This document shows, one piece after another, positions 48,244 through 61,849 of a DNA stretch of 64,000 nt (within the stretch, counting starts at the first letter, position 1; the number at the start of each line of letters is the position of its first letter). Under the pieces are notes generated by a model. It did not search any database. It saw only the letters and a list, made by a program, of their open reading frames with translations, and was not told the DNA's origin. This DNA is from Paecilomyces variotii (taxonomy: Eukaryota). Location: NCBI GenBank assembly GCA_004022145.1, contig RCNU01000002.1. One strand, 5' to 3'. The translations under genes and the position numbers were made by a program.

Positions 48244-50111
48244 CGAGCAAATCAGTGAGTCTAGAAGAAACCCTCAAAAATAAGGACTAGATAGAACACG
48301 TATAGATCGAAATAATGCAATATATACGCCCTGGTGTCCTAGAACTGTGTAGTGTAGTGAAGGGATATTATATTCCCGTGGAGTGTGCTTAGGAGTCGTG
48401 GAGGCTTATAGTCGGGGGTGTGAATAGAGTCCTTGGTAACAACGCATCTATACCGAAAAGGCGCTACTAATGGGCAACTTAGTGGCAAAAGTGGACTCCC
48501 AGTGATAGCTCTCCACCTGGATCGTGTTCTGGACGATCCAGAAGAGTGGGAGCGATCCCAAGCTGTTCAAGCTGTTACCTTCACCGCCTGTTGACTAGAT
48601 CGCCTGCCGGCCATGTTCACCGGGCAGCTTCGAGCAAATGCCAAACGCATGGATATAGAACAAACACAGTCCAATAAGGCGAATGTGCTAATATCAACGA
48701 GAGTCGATTTCCCACGATGAATGGCCAAGAGGAATATCTCCATCGGGTACCTCAATAATGCCATGGATAGAACCGGATCGCGAGGCGCCTAACCACTCAA
48801 ACGGATCATTGAAGCATGTTGACACGGTTGCTAGCTGCCTTCTACCAGAGAAGCTTCAGCGAAGCACTAACCATGGTCCCTGGGAGCTTTGGGCAGCAAT
48901 GAATAGCAACGAGGCGCCTGCGTCCACTCATAGCTTGCTGCTCCTTTGGACACTTGGTTCCTTGAGACATTTTACGGAGATTGGGGCGTGGCCGAAGAAA
49001 AGACGCTGGCGGAGAAAAGAAAAAGGCAGCCAGAGAAACGCACATATGTCGGACGCTTCAGAGCGATACCCGTAGTCATGATGTGGTTGCCGCTGATGAT
49101 TCGCATGGCAACTGACTCGCATGCCGAGGACCACGAACGGTGCCCGTGCTTTCTGCTACGCACAATTTCACGGAGCTCCATGCGTAAAACTCGCCGTATG
49201 TAGACGCTGTTGGAAGACAATTTTTGACGTCCGATATACGATAGTTTTCCTAGGCACAATCCAACGAGAAATTAGAGAAACTATGCATGGCAATGGACCG
49301 TCCCACTTCGACACGCGAGAGACTGGAGAGTGCCATTATTGCGATGTGGACTGTGGAGAGCGTAGGATCTGCATCCCGTACGCCGGGATGCTTCGATAAA
49401 ATTGGGCATAAATGCGCTGTTCGAGGCCCAACTAGCATTGTTGCGGAGGCCCGTGTTGCCCGAACCTAGGCAGACGGACGTCCCTTGGATTCGAGGGATG
49501 ATACTTCACGAAGCAAATAATCTTTCATGCCATCTTCCGGCTTTCCTCGGATTCTCTATCATTTGTTTAGAGCGCTTCAAGGATGTCGATGTGAATTCCT
49601 CTCAGCCGGCGGCTAGTTAAGACAGGCTTGTGATGTCATAAGGAAACCAACAAGACGTCCAGGATTGACTATCTCGAGGAGCTTTACGCGCGTGGCATGG
49701 AAGTGAATCCCTGGACCAGCGGCTGCAGATGGCAGCGGTCAAACCTGAGGGATGAAGTTGCAGTTGCAGTGTTCATGGACGCTATGCAAGGCCCCGGACA
49801 ATTAGCCAAACTGTCATTCTAGAGACAGCTTGGGAGAGTGGCAGGACGGGTGGACACAACAGCCTGGGTACGAAATCAAGATAGGGATGGTTTCCTCGTG
49901 GGTATTGCTGACATGGTGAGGCTGTTGATTCCTCGGTGGTGAAGGGATGAGGCTTAGCATTAACAATAACTAGATGACGATATTGGCGCAGTGGTCTCAT
50001 TCATTCGTTGAGACGAGTTCCTGGAAGATAATTGTCCAATATAGGCGTTGATCTTTTACCTACAGCCTTCAATTGGCGTTTCGCCTCCCTCGCGTCGGGC
50101 GGTTAGACCGG

Positions 50112-51274
50112 TCAACCTCTCAAGCGACGAGCGTAATCCTGGGCTTCGATGAGCGGGACTTGACCCACGCATACAACCGTTGGCATCAGAGTACTCACCT
50201 CACAGCTGAGACGGATGGCATCCTCGATCCCAACACGGGCCTCGTAACCAAGAACTTTTCTTGCTTTTTCTCCGTTGGCATATCGGGTGGAGCAAGCATC
50301 TCTAACGCTACCCCTGCTGAGCGTTGTTGTTGCCCCAGACATCCACGTAAAACACTCTGAAAAGAGCCCTGCAGCCCAAGCTAGGCTTGCTGGAATATGA
50401 ACCTGAAATTGCGGGATGTGCCCAAAATGCGCCCATATCGCCAAACAGAAGTCGCGGAACGTGATGGGTTCATTGTTTTGAATGAAGAATGCCTCGCCAG
50501 CAGCGGTCTTTGAGGAAGTCAGGTTCTCGGCCGCCAATACGTGGGCATCTGCAACATTCGTTACGTATGTCACGTCCCAAAGATTAAGGCCATCGCCAAT
50601 GATGAAGGGTGTCTCCCATTTCTCGATACATGCATGAATGGCTGGGACCAATTGGTAATCCCCTGGTCCACAGAGCACCGACGGCCGGAGAGCGCAGACT
50701 GAGAACGTGGAATCGGATGCTTGGAGGACAATGGCTTCTGCAGCTGCCTAGAATAGAATTAGTAGATGATAAAACAGCCATTGCAACCATGGGAAGTCCA
50801 GACCTTGGACTCTCCGTATATGAGTGACGACCGCGACGTTGGCCAGCGTTCATCAATATTACAATAGGGCACGCTCATATCATCCGTGATTGCACAACAA
50901 CTGCTGGTATAAACAAAGGCCTCGACTCCTGCTTGTTTTGCTGAGTGAAGTACATTGTCTGTACCTTCCACGTTGATCTTCCAGACCAAGTCCTTTAGCT
51001 TTCTGCCATACCTTTCTCCGAGCACGGGAACTATTCCTGCTGTATGAATGACAACAACTGGCTTAGTTTTCAGGACAACCTCTTCGATCTCACGTCGAGC
51101 CGTCACATCAGCTTTGATGAATGTGATGTTAGTTGGCAATTCATGTGTAGAATCGGGCGGTCTTATATCGACGATCGTGATAGCACACTCCGGGTGCTTT
51201 TCAGCCAAAGCTCTGGCTGTTGCGGAACCAACAAAACCGGTGCCGCCAGTGATCAGGACCTTGTTGAGGATCAT
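50112..51274 (-). CDS. 3-beta-hydroxysteroid dehydrogenase/Erg26-like extended SDR; exons 51274-50804, 50747-50199, 50138-50112
   Basis: TGGTGFVG, HTAG, NVEGT, YTSS, catalytic YGESK, IGDGLNLWDVTYVTNVADAH, AAGEAFFIQN. Confidence 0.9.
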
Positions 51275-51794
51275 TCTGCTCTTCTATGAAAACAAGAAGC
51301 AATGATACGTATGTACTAGCAGTTTAGCGATGTTCTTGACAAGGCATTCTCCTATCCGTTCAGTTTTGGCCAGCAGGGATGTACTTAACGGGACCGGCGA
51401 TCGCGGGAGCTCGTGACCTGTCTTGCGTTTGAGATTGAACCCGACTCGAGACACCACCCTGGACTGTAAAGGTTTAGAGTTGCGACATAGCCGTGACAAT
51501 AGTTGTTGCTACAGAAGCAAGGAAAGGAAGATCTCGCCAACGAACCTTTGCCAAGAGAGTAGATTTCGGCCGCTGTTTTATCTGCCATGAGCCTCAATGA
51601 CTATGGACTACATCATTTAAGTCATCAAAGAACCGAGTAATTGATACTTGTACAAGGAGAGTTGGGCGTGGAAAGGTACAAAGTGATAGCGTTAATATAC
51701 AGACCCATGATCTAGGTATATCGAAAGTCGCGGACCAAGAGACAATGCGACTGACCAAACTCCGAATCGATGCAGAAGACATCACATCCCGCAT

Positions 51795-52307
51795 TTAAAG
51801 AACCCTGCACAAAACGAGACCTCCGACCTTCTTTTCCACACATTCTCTGGCTTCTAGAATCCCTCGGTCCGTAGACAGGAAAAGGCACTCTCCAGGAGAC
51901 CGCAGGCCCTCAACGTATCCACTCTTCTCGCCCCGAATGATCTGGCGAAGTCCGGGGACATCCAAGTTTATTCTCCTCTTGGGCTTGCTGACCAAGGTCA
52001 TTTTGCTCAGAACCGGTTCGCTCTGCCAATACTTCAGTCCGAGCCACAGGCGTCTGGAGGCAACGTTGGATTGCGTGATGGGCTCGACACCTTGCGACTC
52101 ATCGTTCACGGAAGGATGACCAAGGAGAACATGTGGAGGCGGAGGAGTCGGTCCTCCTCGCACTACTGACGAAATGAATCCGGCATTCTGAAGGGCGAGG
52201 GAAAGTTTGAGGTGGAGGTTGGAGTTCGGAATGGATGTCAGACCCAGGCGTGCCTTGGTGGCATTGTTAAGGTGGGAGCAGACATGGGCCAGATTGACGA
52301 GCGACAT
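51795..52307 (-). CDS. MRPS8: Mitochondrial small-subunit ribosomal protein uS8m
   Basis: MSLVNLAHVCSHLNNA, RRLWLGLKY, SKPKRRI, STDRGILEAREC..KVGGLVLCRV. Confidence 0.92.
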   Translation of the reverse strand: MSLVNLAHVCSHLNNATKARLGLTSIPNSNLHLKLSLALQNAGFISSVVRGGPTPPPPHVLLGHPSVNDESQGVEPITQSNVASRRLWLGLKYWQSEPVLSKMTLVSKPKRRINLDVPGLRQIIRGEKSGYVEGLRSPGECLFLSTDRGILEARECVEKKVGGLVLCRVL

Positions 52308-52850
52308 CTTGAATCGTTTGATGAGCTGAATTGGCCCCTAGGGCCTCGTTGACAGGTGAACAACTGGTTTTCCGGTGTGCTGCAAGGAGCTGGTGTCTCT
52401 CGAGTATGAGCAACCCATGTACGTCTCTCGTAAAGGAGATCTCAGCGGAACACTTACAGCAATTAGTGAGTATCGTATATACGACAGGAGACAGCGCGAA
52501 TATAATCTGGAAGCCGATGAAAACTATCGCGACAGCAGCCAGAGTTTCCCCGGACCTCGCGATGAAAATTTCGGAGAAACGATGCGACGAGCTCCGCGCC
52601 GACACGCTTAGCTTTAGCGGGGCGACACTTCGGGCAATCAGCTTCGTTATCAACCATCTACAGGCCTTGTATAAGCGCCGGGCCTCTTGAGCACAGCAAC
52701 CCTGCAGGCGCTTCACAGCCAGTAAGTAGCCTCTCCTCCCTTGTCCCCTATAAAAGCCTTTGTATCGCCTCATTCCTGTGTACCCGTTCTTGTTTTCTCC
52801 CCATTTCCATTCTATCAACTAGTTACATTGAGCTTGAGCCTGTTGACGCC

Positions 52851-54356
52851 ATGCCTCCGTTACCGGGTGAAGAGCGTATGCTGACACTGTAAGTTAGAGC
52901 CCCCGCTGCGATCATGTAGCTGATGCGTCTAGTTTCGCGGATATCCACTCTTATTTCGCTGCTCCAACTGCGAAACCTCTTCATCACCGATTCGACAAAG
53001 GTTCCTATCTCTATATCTATCATGACGCTGCGCGGCGTACAACCAGGATCGAAATTGCAAACAACCCAGGAACTCCTGAGCAGGATGCCTTCAATGGAGG
53101 TTTGTTGGCATGCTCTACTGTATCTAGGTGGGCTTTGAGAGACTAATGGAGCTTCAGCGCTGGACCACATCCGTCTTCAACACTCGACCAAGTTTCCTAC
53201 TCGTTGTACATTGATTGTGGACGGCAACGCTCCGGGACAGACACCATCTGCGACTGCGAACCCTCTGGAATGGCGCTTGCCCTCTGCTGATCCCCGCGAC
53301 GAGGGAAGAGTCGTCTTCCGTCTCCATACACTCGACATTTATCTCTGGACAGTGGATGATGCAAATCTGTTCCTTGATACTCTTGAGCATGTGCTCTCTC
53401 CGGGGCAAGTTGAGACGGACCGACATCCACCACTCTCAACCTCCCAAGGGGCAGTAAGCAGTGTTGTTCAACAGCTTGAGAATGTCGCTATAACAGACCC
53501 CGCCTATGCGAATGGACAGACGCGAAATTCCCGAACAGAACCACCAACCATGCCACAACAGGCGTCGCAATCTGCCGCAGAACAGCCCAAGGAGCAGACT
53601 GGAGATTTGAACTACGCACCACTTGCTTACAATCCTGCTGCTCCTGCTGCCCCAGAACCCATTCAGCATCGCGAGAAGACCCCTCCACCGGAAGATGGTG
53701 TTGAAGGTACCGGGCTTGCAGCGGCCGCAGCAGCAGATCACGGTCACCCATATGCCTCTCCACCGCTCTCAGCCGGCTACTCAACACCTCCCAGTCACCA
53801 GCTACCCTACACCGTTTCAGGTGCAATGCAGCCGAGCTATAGCTCTCCACCGCCAAGTGCAGGACCCAGCCTGGAGTCTTTCCCTTCTCACTCGTCCGTA
53901 CAGACTCCCACCAGGGCTCTTTCGTTTTCCGGTCCCCCCGTAGCCGGAAATCCTGTAGCTGGACAAGGAACCATGTCTTTTGCTCCTCCACCGCTGGCTC
54001 CGAACTCACTTTCCTACAGTCAGCATCCTTATGCTCCGCAGTCCCTTTATCACCAGCATAATCAGCCACAGTATGCAGACTACTTACAGAACCAGTCTGT
54101 GTCCCCGTCCGTCCCACTTGGGGGATACTCGAATTTCTCGTACGAGCAACCTCACCAACACCACGGCGATCGCAGCGAGTACGATGTGCACAGCCAGGTT
54201 TATAGACCCACTGAGGCTGAAGCCAGTAGTCGCAATTACAAACATTCCGTGAAAGCCCTGAAGAATCCCGGTCGACCACACAAGTTGGAGGATAAAGCAG
54301 CGCGTCTCGAGAGTGGTGTGAACAGGTTTATAAAGAAGCTTGAGAAGAAGATCTGA
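52851..54356 (+). CDS. Uncharacterised protein: folded N-terminal half, Pro/Tyr/Gln-rich C-terminal half; exons 52851-52888, 52933-53099, 53158-54356
   Basis: Two short GT-AG introns join MPPLPGEERMLTL|FADIHSY...HRFDKGSYLYLY...EIANNPGT|ALDH to the 53211 ORF. Ends YDVHSQVYRPTE...GVNRFIKKLEKKI. Confidence 0.85.
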
Positions 54357-54515
54357 TCTGCACTCGATTCTCTGCTCTTTTCCATTTCTTATGCTTGTTC
54401 TTCCCTCATGTGCCTATCTGCAGCGTTGCATTGCCAGTTTTTAAGATCACGATACCCGTTGTAGTTTAAGTGATCTAGTCATCTTTAGCCAGTCTTTTAT
54501 AGTCGATATTGCTGG

Positions 54516-55124
54516 TTAGACTCTGTCTCCATCACTGAGAGAAGGATCCCTCCGGCAAAGGATTTTATTATCCTCGATATCAATATCGCCTGGCTGCGAA
54601 ATCCTCCTCTTCTGTGGGAGGATCCCCCTGGTATAAGATTTCACATTATCCTCAATGACATCAACGTTGCCGGCAGCGAGATCTGCCATCTTGCTCGTAG
54701 AGCCAGCCTCAAATTGCTTGCTCCGCTTATCCTCCTGTGAGATAGGAATCTCCTCTTTTGTTTTTTCAGACGAAATCGAGCCAAGTAGCACAGGAGGAGT
54801 TTCCATATTGGCTCGATCATTAGCCTTCATCATCAACTCACTCCTGTGCTTGGGATGGCAGTTCAAATATATCCTCCATTCCCTTGAGGTTAGATATGGG
54901 CGGATATCTTGTATCTCCCATTCTTCTGGCTGGTAGGAGCCAGTTATTGGTGTCTCTTTGGCATGGGCAGAGACCGCTATTGGTTCCTCCTTGGCATGGG
55001 CAGAGACGTTCTTAGCTTCCCCCTGCGTTGTTGTGACCTCCTCATACGAGAAGTCTATAACTGGGCATTTGCCCTCAAACATCCCGGGATACCATGGAGT
55101 GTACGGTGATGGGTAGGTAGCCAT
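54516..55124 (-). CDS. Orphan 202-aa ORF with an internal 11-aa tandem duplication
   Basis: ATG-initiated 609-nt ORF; VSAHAKEEPIA/VSAHAKETPIT; no family recognised. Confidence 0.5.
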   Translation of the reverse strand: MATYPSPYTPWYPGMFEGKCPVIDFSYEEVTTTQGEAKNVSAHAKEEPIAVSAHAKETPITGSYQPEEWEIQDIRPYLTSREWRIYLNCHPKHRSELMMKANDRANMETPPVLLGSISSEKTKEEIPISQEDKRSKQFEAGSTSKMADLAAGNVDVIEDNVKSYTRGILPQKRRISQPGDIDIEDNKILCRRDPSLSDGDRV

Positions 55125-56039
55125 ATCTCACTAGAGATGCCGTACAACAACGTGGTGATGTGGTTGACCAGACCTCCCCTTGAAAATAGGGGTTTCAGTC
55201 TCTACCTAGGAAAAGGACTTGGGTCAAAAATTTTCGACTTCAGTGCGACCACAAAAATCCCCAAACTAGGCGGATTTTGACGCTGAAAAAACCACTGTAT
55301 GGGTAATTAAAACCCAAAGAACACGATGATCAAATCAAATTGGTTGTTCGACAGGTAGTCGTTGCTGTAGCTCAAGGGTTTGAACGAGGGCGGCATAAAA
55401 GGAAGCGGTGAGAAGCTTGCTTGTTTACTCAATAGCTAGGTGCCAATGTCACGTGATCTCATAGTGCACAAGGGGGTGTCCGATGTATGTATGTACCTGA
55501 TCTCTTGCACGTTGAAACTCTTCCAATAAGATCATATCAATATTATCAGTATGTATGAACAGATCCCCCAGCCCGAGAACGTGAAAGCATGCCGTTAAGG
55601 ACAAGAAATATCTATCTAATCAATCTCATTGAATAAATAATAAAGCTAAGACGCCAGAATAAGGTATACTCTGCCAGACACCAAGGGGGGAAGATTCCGA
55701 AAACAGAAATGCGGGCTAGACACACAAACTCTGTTGACCTACCAAAGGGCACCAAAACAAGATTCGAAAGGATAGGTTTATCAAACTCCTTACAGTAACA
55801 GAAGCTGCAGGGATATCCAGATCACATGAAGAGAAACAGACAAGTCCCAATTTCGAATGAAAACAGACGAAAAAGTGGAAGATGAAAGCGTAGAGAAAAT
55901 ATGGGACTCGCCAGGATCACGTCTCAATTACAGGAAATAAATTTGTGTTTGAATTTGGAATAGGGGAGTCAAACCAAGGTGCTTTCAAAAAAGATAAAGG
56001 TTACTATCACAAAGCTGCCTTGTAGGATTGTCTCACAGC

Positions 56040-57860
56040 TCAGTAGCTTTCCGTGATCTCGGTGAAAGCAGGAGTCTCTTGGGCTTCGACCTCCTTGATT
56101 GTCTCATCAGCAGGAGCATCGACCGCGGCTGCGATTGGGACATCCTTAGGCTGTTCCGTCGAAACTTCAGTTGGCTCTTCGATAGCGGTTTCAGGGCTGG
56201 GTGCAGAGGTCTGCTCAACGGCTTCGGCCTTGGGTTCTTCAGCGGGAACCTCTGCTGGAACCTCTGCAGGAGCTTCAGCAGGAGCTTCGGTGGAGGTTGG
56301 TGCTGGGGCATGAGGTTCTTCAGCAGGGGCTGCAGCAGGCACTTCAGTCGTTGCCTTGGTAGAGTCTTCAACAGCTGTTTCTACTCTACCCTCGGTGGAG
56401 TGCTCCTTCTCTGGCTCTTCTGGAACAGGTTCTGGTACAGGGACAGGCGCGGAGTGGACTTTCGATTCCGTCTCGGGCTGATCCTTTTTGGGAGACTGAG
56501 TCTCTTCCTTCTTAGGCACCGCCTTTGCTTCCTTGCCCCTGGAGGGCGTACGAGCACCTTGCTCGGATTTTGCAGGACTTCTCCGAGGTGTCCTTGTCGT
56601 CCTGGTCCTTGGGGGAGTCTTCGCTTCAACCTTCTCGTGAGTCTTACTGGCAGAGCTGGCAGTCGGGCGCATCATCCTTGCCAAGAAGCTGTCATCGACC
56701 GTCTTCGTGCCTACAGTACTAGTGCGAGACTTTGGCCTGTCACTGCCTGGAGAAGCAAGCGATGCTCGAGAGGGCTGTCGCGGAATATTCGAAGCGGGAA
56801 CCCGCGGCGATGCTCCTGTTGCGTCCTTCTTCAGAGTAGAGGGCTTCCGCGTAAGACCACGCGAGGGTGTCTGCGCACGGTTTGGTGACTGAGAAGCAGC
56901 TCCTGTCTTAGCAGCTGAGGACGCGGTTGGCGCTGTCATAGAAGCTGGGAGGCGGACAGGGCGTGTAGGTGACTTTGACTGAGCCTTCCCATTGGGGGAA
57001 GACTTCGTCGTCGTCTTTTTGGCAGAGTCTCGAGAGGCTGGGGAAGATCTCGACGTAATCTTGGCAGGCGGGTTGAGCGACGGTCGACTGGGCTTTCCGG
57101 CTACTGTTTTAGTAGGTTCCTTGCTAGCAGGCTGCCGGCCAGGAGTCGTATCCTTCGATGCGCCTTGGGATGCCGTACTGGTGGATTTCTGCGCACGAGA
57201 CGGGACCGGGGACCTGGCCGGCCTGGTAGGTGAGGTCTTTCCGTTGAGTTTAGGCGTGGAGTTGTCTCTAGGCAGAGATAGGCTCGATTGCTCCTTGGTG
57301 ACCGGCTTTGAGGTTGTACCTGCTTTCTCAGCCACGGTCTCCGTCTTGCGTGCTGGCTGCGTCTTTTCGTCTCCAGGGGAGACTTCAGTGCTAGCCGCTG
57401 TCGGTCCATCTTGCGATTGACTCTTGTCGGGTACAGAAGCTTTGAGGATGTTTCCAAGCGCTGATCTAACTTCGGACGAGCCATTGCTTTCGGGGCGCTT
57501 CTCCTCTCCCTTGGTGCTGTCTCCTGAGCCATTTCTGGGAGGCACATTATTTTCCTTCTCCGACATTGCCGTTATCGTCGAATATGGATCGTCCCCGTCG
57601 CTGGACCTTAGTCTCGACGGGCTCAGAGGGGTCTCTCCATCGTTGGACTTTCGTAAGCCCCCAAAGGGACCGGAACGACCGACATTCTCGACCGCGATGA
57701 AGCTGGCTCGTACCTTGGAAAGCGGCCTTCCGTTGCCCGAGTTGTCTGAACCGGCCGGAGAGCGTCCACGGGAAGGAGGTGAGGTATTGTCATTTTGGCT
57801 CTGGTTCTCGAACTTCGCCAGCAGACTGCGGACGCCGCCTGCCGACGGAGTTCCCGACAT
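56040..57860 (-). CDS. Intrinsically disordered protein with basic Ser/Pro/Thr core and acidic Glu/Ala/Pro tail
   Basis: 606-aa ORF; short motifs VRSLLAKFE, KVRASFIAVE, ASMTAPTASSAAK, FLARMMRPTASSASK; EAPA/EVPA repeats. Confidence 0.8.
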   Translation of the reverse strand: MSGTPSAGGVRSLLAKFENQSQNDNTSPPSRGRSPAGSDNSGNGRPLSKVRASFIAVENVGRSGPFGGLRKSNDGETPLSPSRLRSSDGDDPYSTITAMSEKENNVPPRNGSGDSTKGEEKRPESNGSSEVRSALGNILKASVPDKSQSQDGPTAASTEVSPGDEKTQPARKTETVAEKAGTTSKPVTKEQSSLSLPRDNSTPKLNGKTSPTRPARSPVPSRAQKSTSTASQGASKDTTPGRQPASKEPTKTVAGKPSRPSLNPPAKITSRSSPASRDSAKKTTTKSSPNGKAQSKSPTRPVRLPASMTAPTASSAAKTGAASQSPNRAQTPSRGLTRKPSTLKKDATGASPRVPASNIPRQPSRASLASPGSDRPKSRTSTVGTKTVDDSFLARMMRPTASSASKTHEKVEAKTPPRTRTTRTPRRSPAKSEQGARTPSRGKEAKAVPKKEETQSPKKDQPETESKVHSAPVPVPEPVPEEPEKEHSTEGRVETAVEDSTKATTEVPAAAPAEEPHAPAPTSTEAPAEAPAEVPAEVPAEEPKAEAVEQTSAPSPETAIEEPTEVSTEQPKDVPIAAAVDAPADETIKEVEAQETPAFTEITESY

Positions 57861-59102
57861 GGCTGGTTCTGAGATCGAGGCAGACGAAGGGCGATGTTGC
57901 GTCAGAGGAGCAAGAGCATGGATAGGAGGGAGAACGGCAAGCGCTTAGGATGAGCCGGGGTAGATGAAGCTTAACAGCGTGTTCACTATATGGGTTCGAC
58001 AGTCCGTGGGGACTATTAATTTAAGCGTAGGGTCAAGCGGAGGTTATGAAACAGCCAGAAAGGCAGTCGACTAGCGGGCAAGGGGCCTGCGGTTCCCTTA
58101 GGAGTAGTAGTCGGACAGTCTGAGAGTTGCTGGCGAAACGCGTCGGACTAACGTGATGTAAACAGACCCAGCCAGTGCAACGGTGACACGGTTAGTGGGG
58201 GGAACGCAGCATCTGGCAGCACTGATGACAAGAAAAGGGATAAGATAAGACGAGGAAATCGAAAAAAAAGAGAGGAGGCTCGGTGGGAAAAGGATAGATA
58301 GAGAGGTTCATGGAGAGTTGATGGCTGATGCAGGGGGGTTTGGTATAACTAGCGGCCTCAGGCAGCAAGTTTCAGGGGTCGGCGGATCCGCTGGATGGGC
58401 ATTATTTTATTTTAATCCGTTTAATCCGTTTAATATAGTAAACGTAGTCGTCAGTGATCAATAATCATCCCAAAGCGCGGAATCCGGGGATCCGTATGAA
58501 GCTTCTAGGCTTCTAGCTAGAAAAATCCACGGCCGTTATGCCGCTGCTACCCGGTGGTAAAGACGATCGAGCGTTGTCCTCTTTCTGTTGCTACTACGGA
58601 GTAGTTAACTACTATCCGAATACCGCGGGGCTCTCCACGTTGCTGTCACGTTGACTGTCTGGATGGCGGTGGCTCTAATTGGCGATTTCTGTCGATCACA
58701 GAATTCTTGTACAGTAACGACATGACATGACACGCTGAGCAAGTGCTTGATTCTGTCTATACTACTGTATTAACTTACCACGTATGATTCCTCAGGAAGT
58801 ACCATAGTCAGTTACTCCCGAAAAGGGCCATTATTCGCATCCACGACAGAACAGATAGCTCAACAACAACATGCCACTTCAATCCCCATGGCTTGCCCCT
58901 CTTGCATATGCAACAACGGCATAAGACATCTAGTCTAAGCGTCTAACAAACACTTGCATCCTCTCAAATTCCGCTTCTTCTTTTACCCCGGAAACTCGAG
59001 CGTAAACACTTGCCGGCCCAACGTTCTTCCGTGGTCCGAACAAAAGCCTCTCCTCTCCGCCTCCGAAAAGCGGACATCGCTAGACAAAGCAAAGCATCAA
59101 CG

Positions 59103-60418
<1,316 letters not shown>

Positions 60419-60718
60419 AAGTTCATGTAATGTATTACGGTGTATAGTCCAATATCTCATCTGGGATGGCATTTTGGATCGATAAAAGAAAAAGAAAATT
60501 GAAGTGGGTCAATCGTTCCTATTTTCGAAGCGCGCATAAATGCGAGGAAAAGATCAGAAGTTCTATATCATAGACTCAAATCGCTCTATCCTGAATAACT
60601 TTTATGTAGACCCATTCCGGATGTATAGAAAAGGAATTAACGCACGCAGCACAGAACTGCCTCGCCCAAGGGTAAATTTCAAACTTATTCCACGTCGTCG
60701 AGGCTAAGTTCGGCCTCT

Positions 60719-61849
60719 TCAGGCAGACTTGCTCGGACGACCACGACTCCCATTGTCTTTATGTGTTTCACCATCGACGTTCCCGTTCGTATTCATATCC
60801 CCATCGGTGGCATTTTCCGGTAACCAGTCTCGTAGAAGAAGCGTGAACAGAACGACGAGGTAAACATGTCCCGTCTTGCGATTCTTGAGAACGTATCGTA
60901 ACTTATGATGCTTCTCGTCAATGTACTTGGCTACTTGCAGGTTAAACCCAGGTAATCGAAGCGAGAAGTCTGCATATCGAAAAAACAAATAGTCAGTGAA
61001 AATCCTCCACTTTCCAAGACGAAAAAAAGAAAAGAGCAACTAGAATCAAGGAAGTATTTATTAATTACCCACCATTGAAGACTAAATATGGATTCCCAAA
61101 GTCAGCCATATACGCCCTTCCCGGCTGGAGTTCGAAGTTCTTTCGGTTCTGGTCCCAAAGGAAATGCTTCCTTCGCTGGTCCACTGTCTCTGGGATATTC
61201 GCTTCTTTCCTGACTTCCACACCGGAACCCTCCGCACCCTCTTCTATAATGCGGTCATGTATGGCCGGTGCCTTATTGTTCGATGATGTCTTATCTCCGA
61301 TGCGGAACTGATTCCAGCTTGCGAGCGCAGGGCTGTAGAGGTATGGCTTGTCGGCATATGCGTCTCCATCTAGTGCGGGATCAAGCACCCATTTCACTAT
61401 GCGCATTGCGGCATTGAAACCGGGCGGTAGACGGTCACGGATAGGACGCTCGAAGTCATTTCCGAAGATAAGGTCATCGCCGTTTATTGGGGTTTTGGGG
61501 ACCAGTTGCATCGCAATAGAATACTGATCGTTCTGGTGGAGGGGGTGGGAGAAGTATGAGCTGCTCTTCGGGGAGCCATCGGGGTATCCTGTAAATACGA
61601 AATGAGAATAAGCCTCAGTTCTACAGAGTCGTCTTTGAGTGAGTATATTCGGCGCAGCATACCTGTATAGTCTTGGATGCGGACACACACGCTCACAATC
61701 GCGTGCTCGTTCTCGAAATGTAATGTCTGGTCCTTATTGACTGGGACAACCTGATGTGTCTTGGTATCATAGTCGGGGCCTGCTGTGACCTTTAATCGAT
61801 ATTTCTCATGCTCCCCGTTCGGACTGCGACTCTGGCTTCGGCTCCTCAT
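60719..61849 (-). CDS. DUF1769-like protein; exons 61849-61663, 61588-61073, 60969-60719
   Basis: KYRLKVTAGPDYD, VRIQDYTG|YP, DQYSI, FGNDFERPIRDRLPPGF, GDAYADKPYLYSP, DFGNPYL. Confidence 0.85.

Noticed and set aside
48567-50000. Many overlapping 60-105 aa ORFs on both strands
   Set aside because: No motifs or consistent splice model; expected by chance.
52267-52818. 183-aa ORF across the MRPS8 promoter
   Set aside because: Non-ATG start, no motifs, lies in a divergent promoter.
56028-57948. Several long + strand ORFs opposite the disordered protein
   Set aside because: Shadows of low-complexity GC-rich coding sequence.
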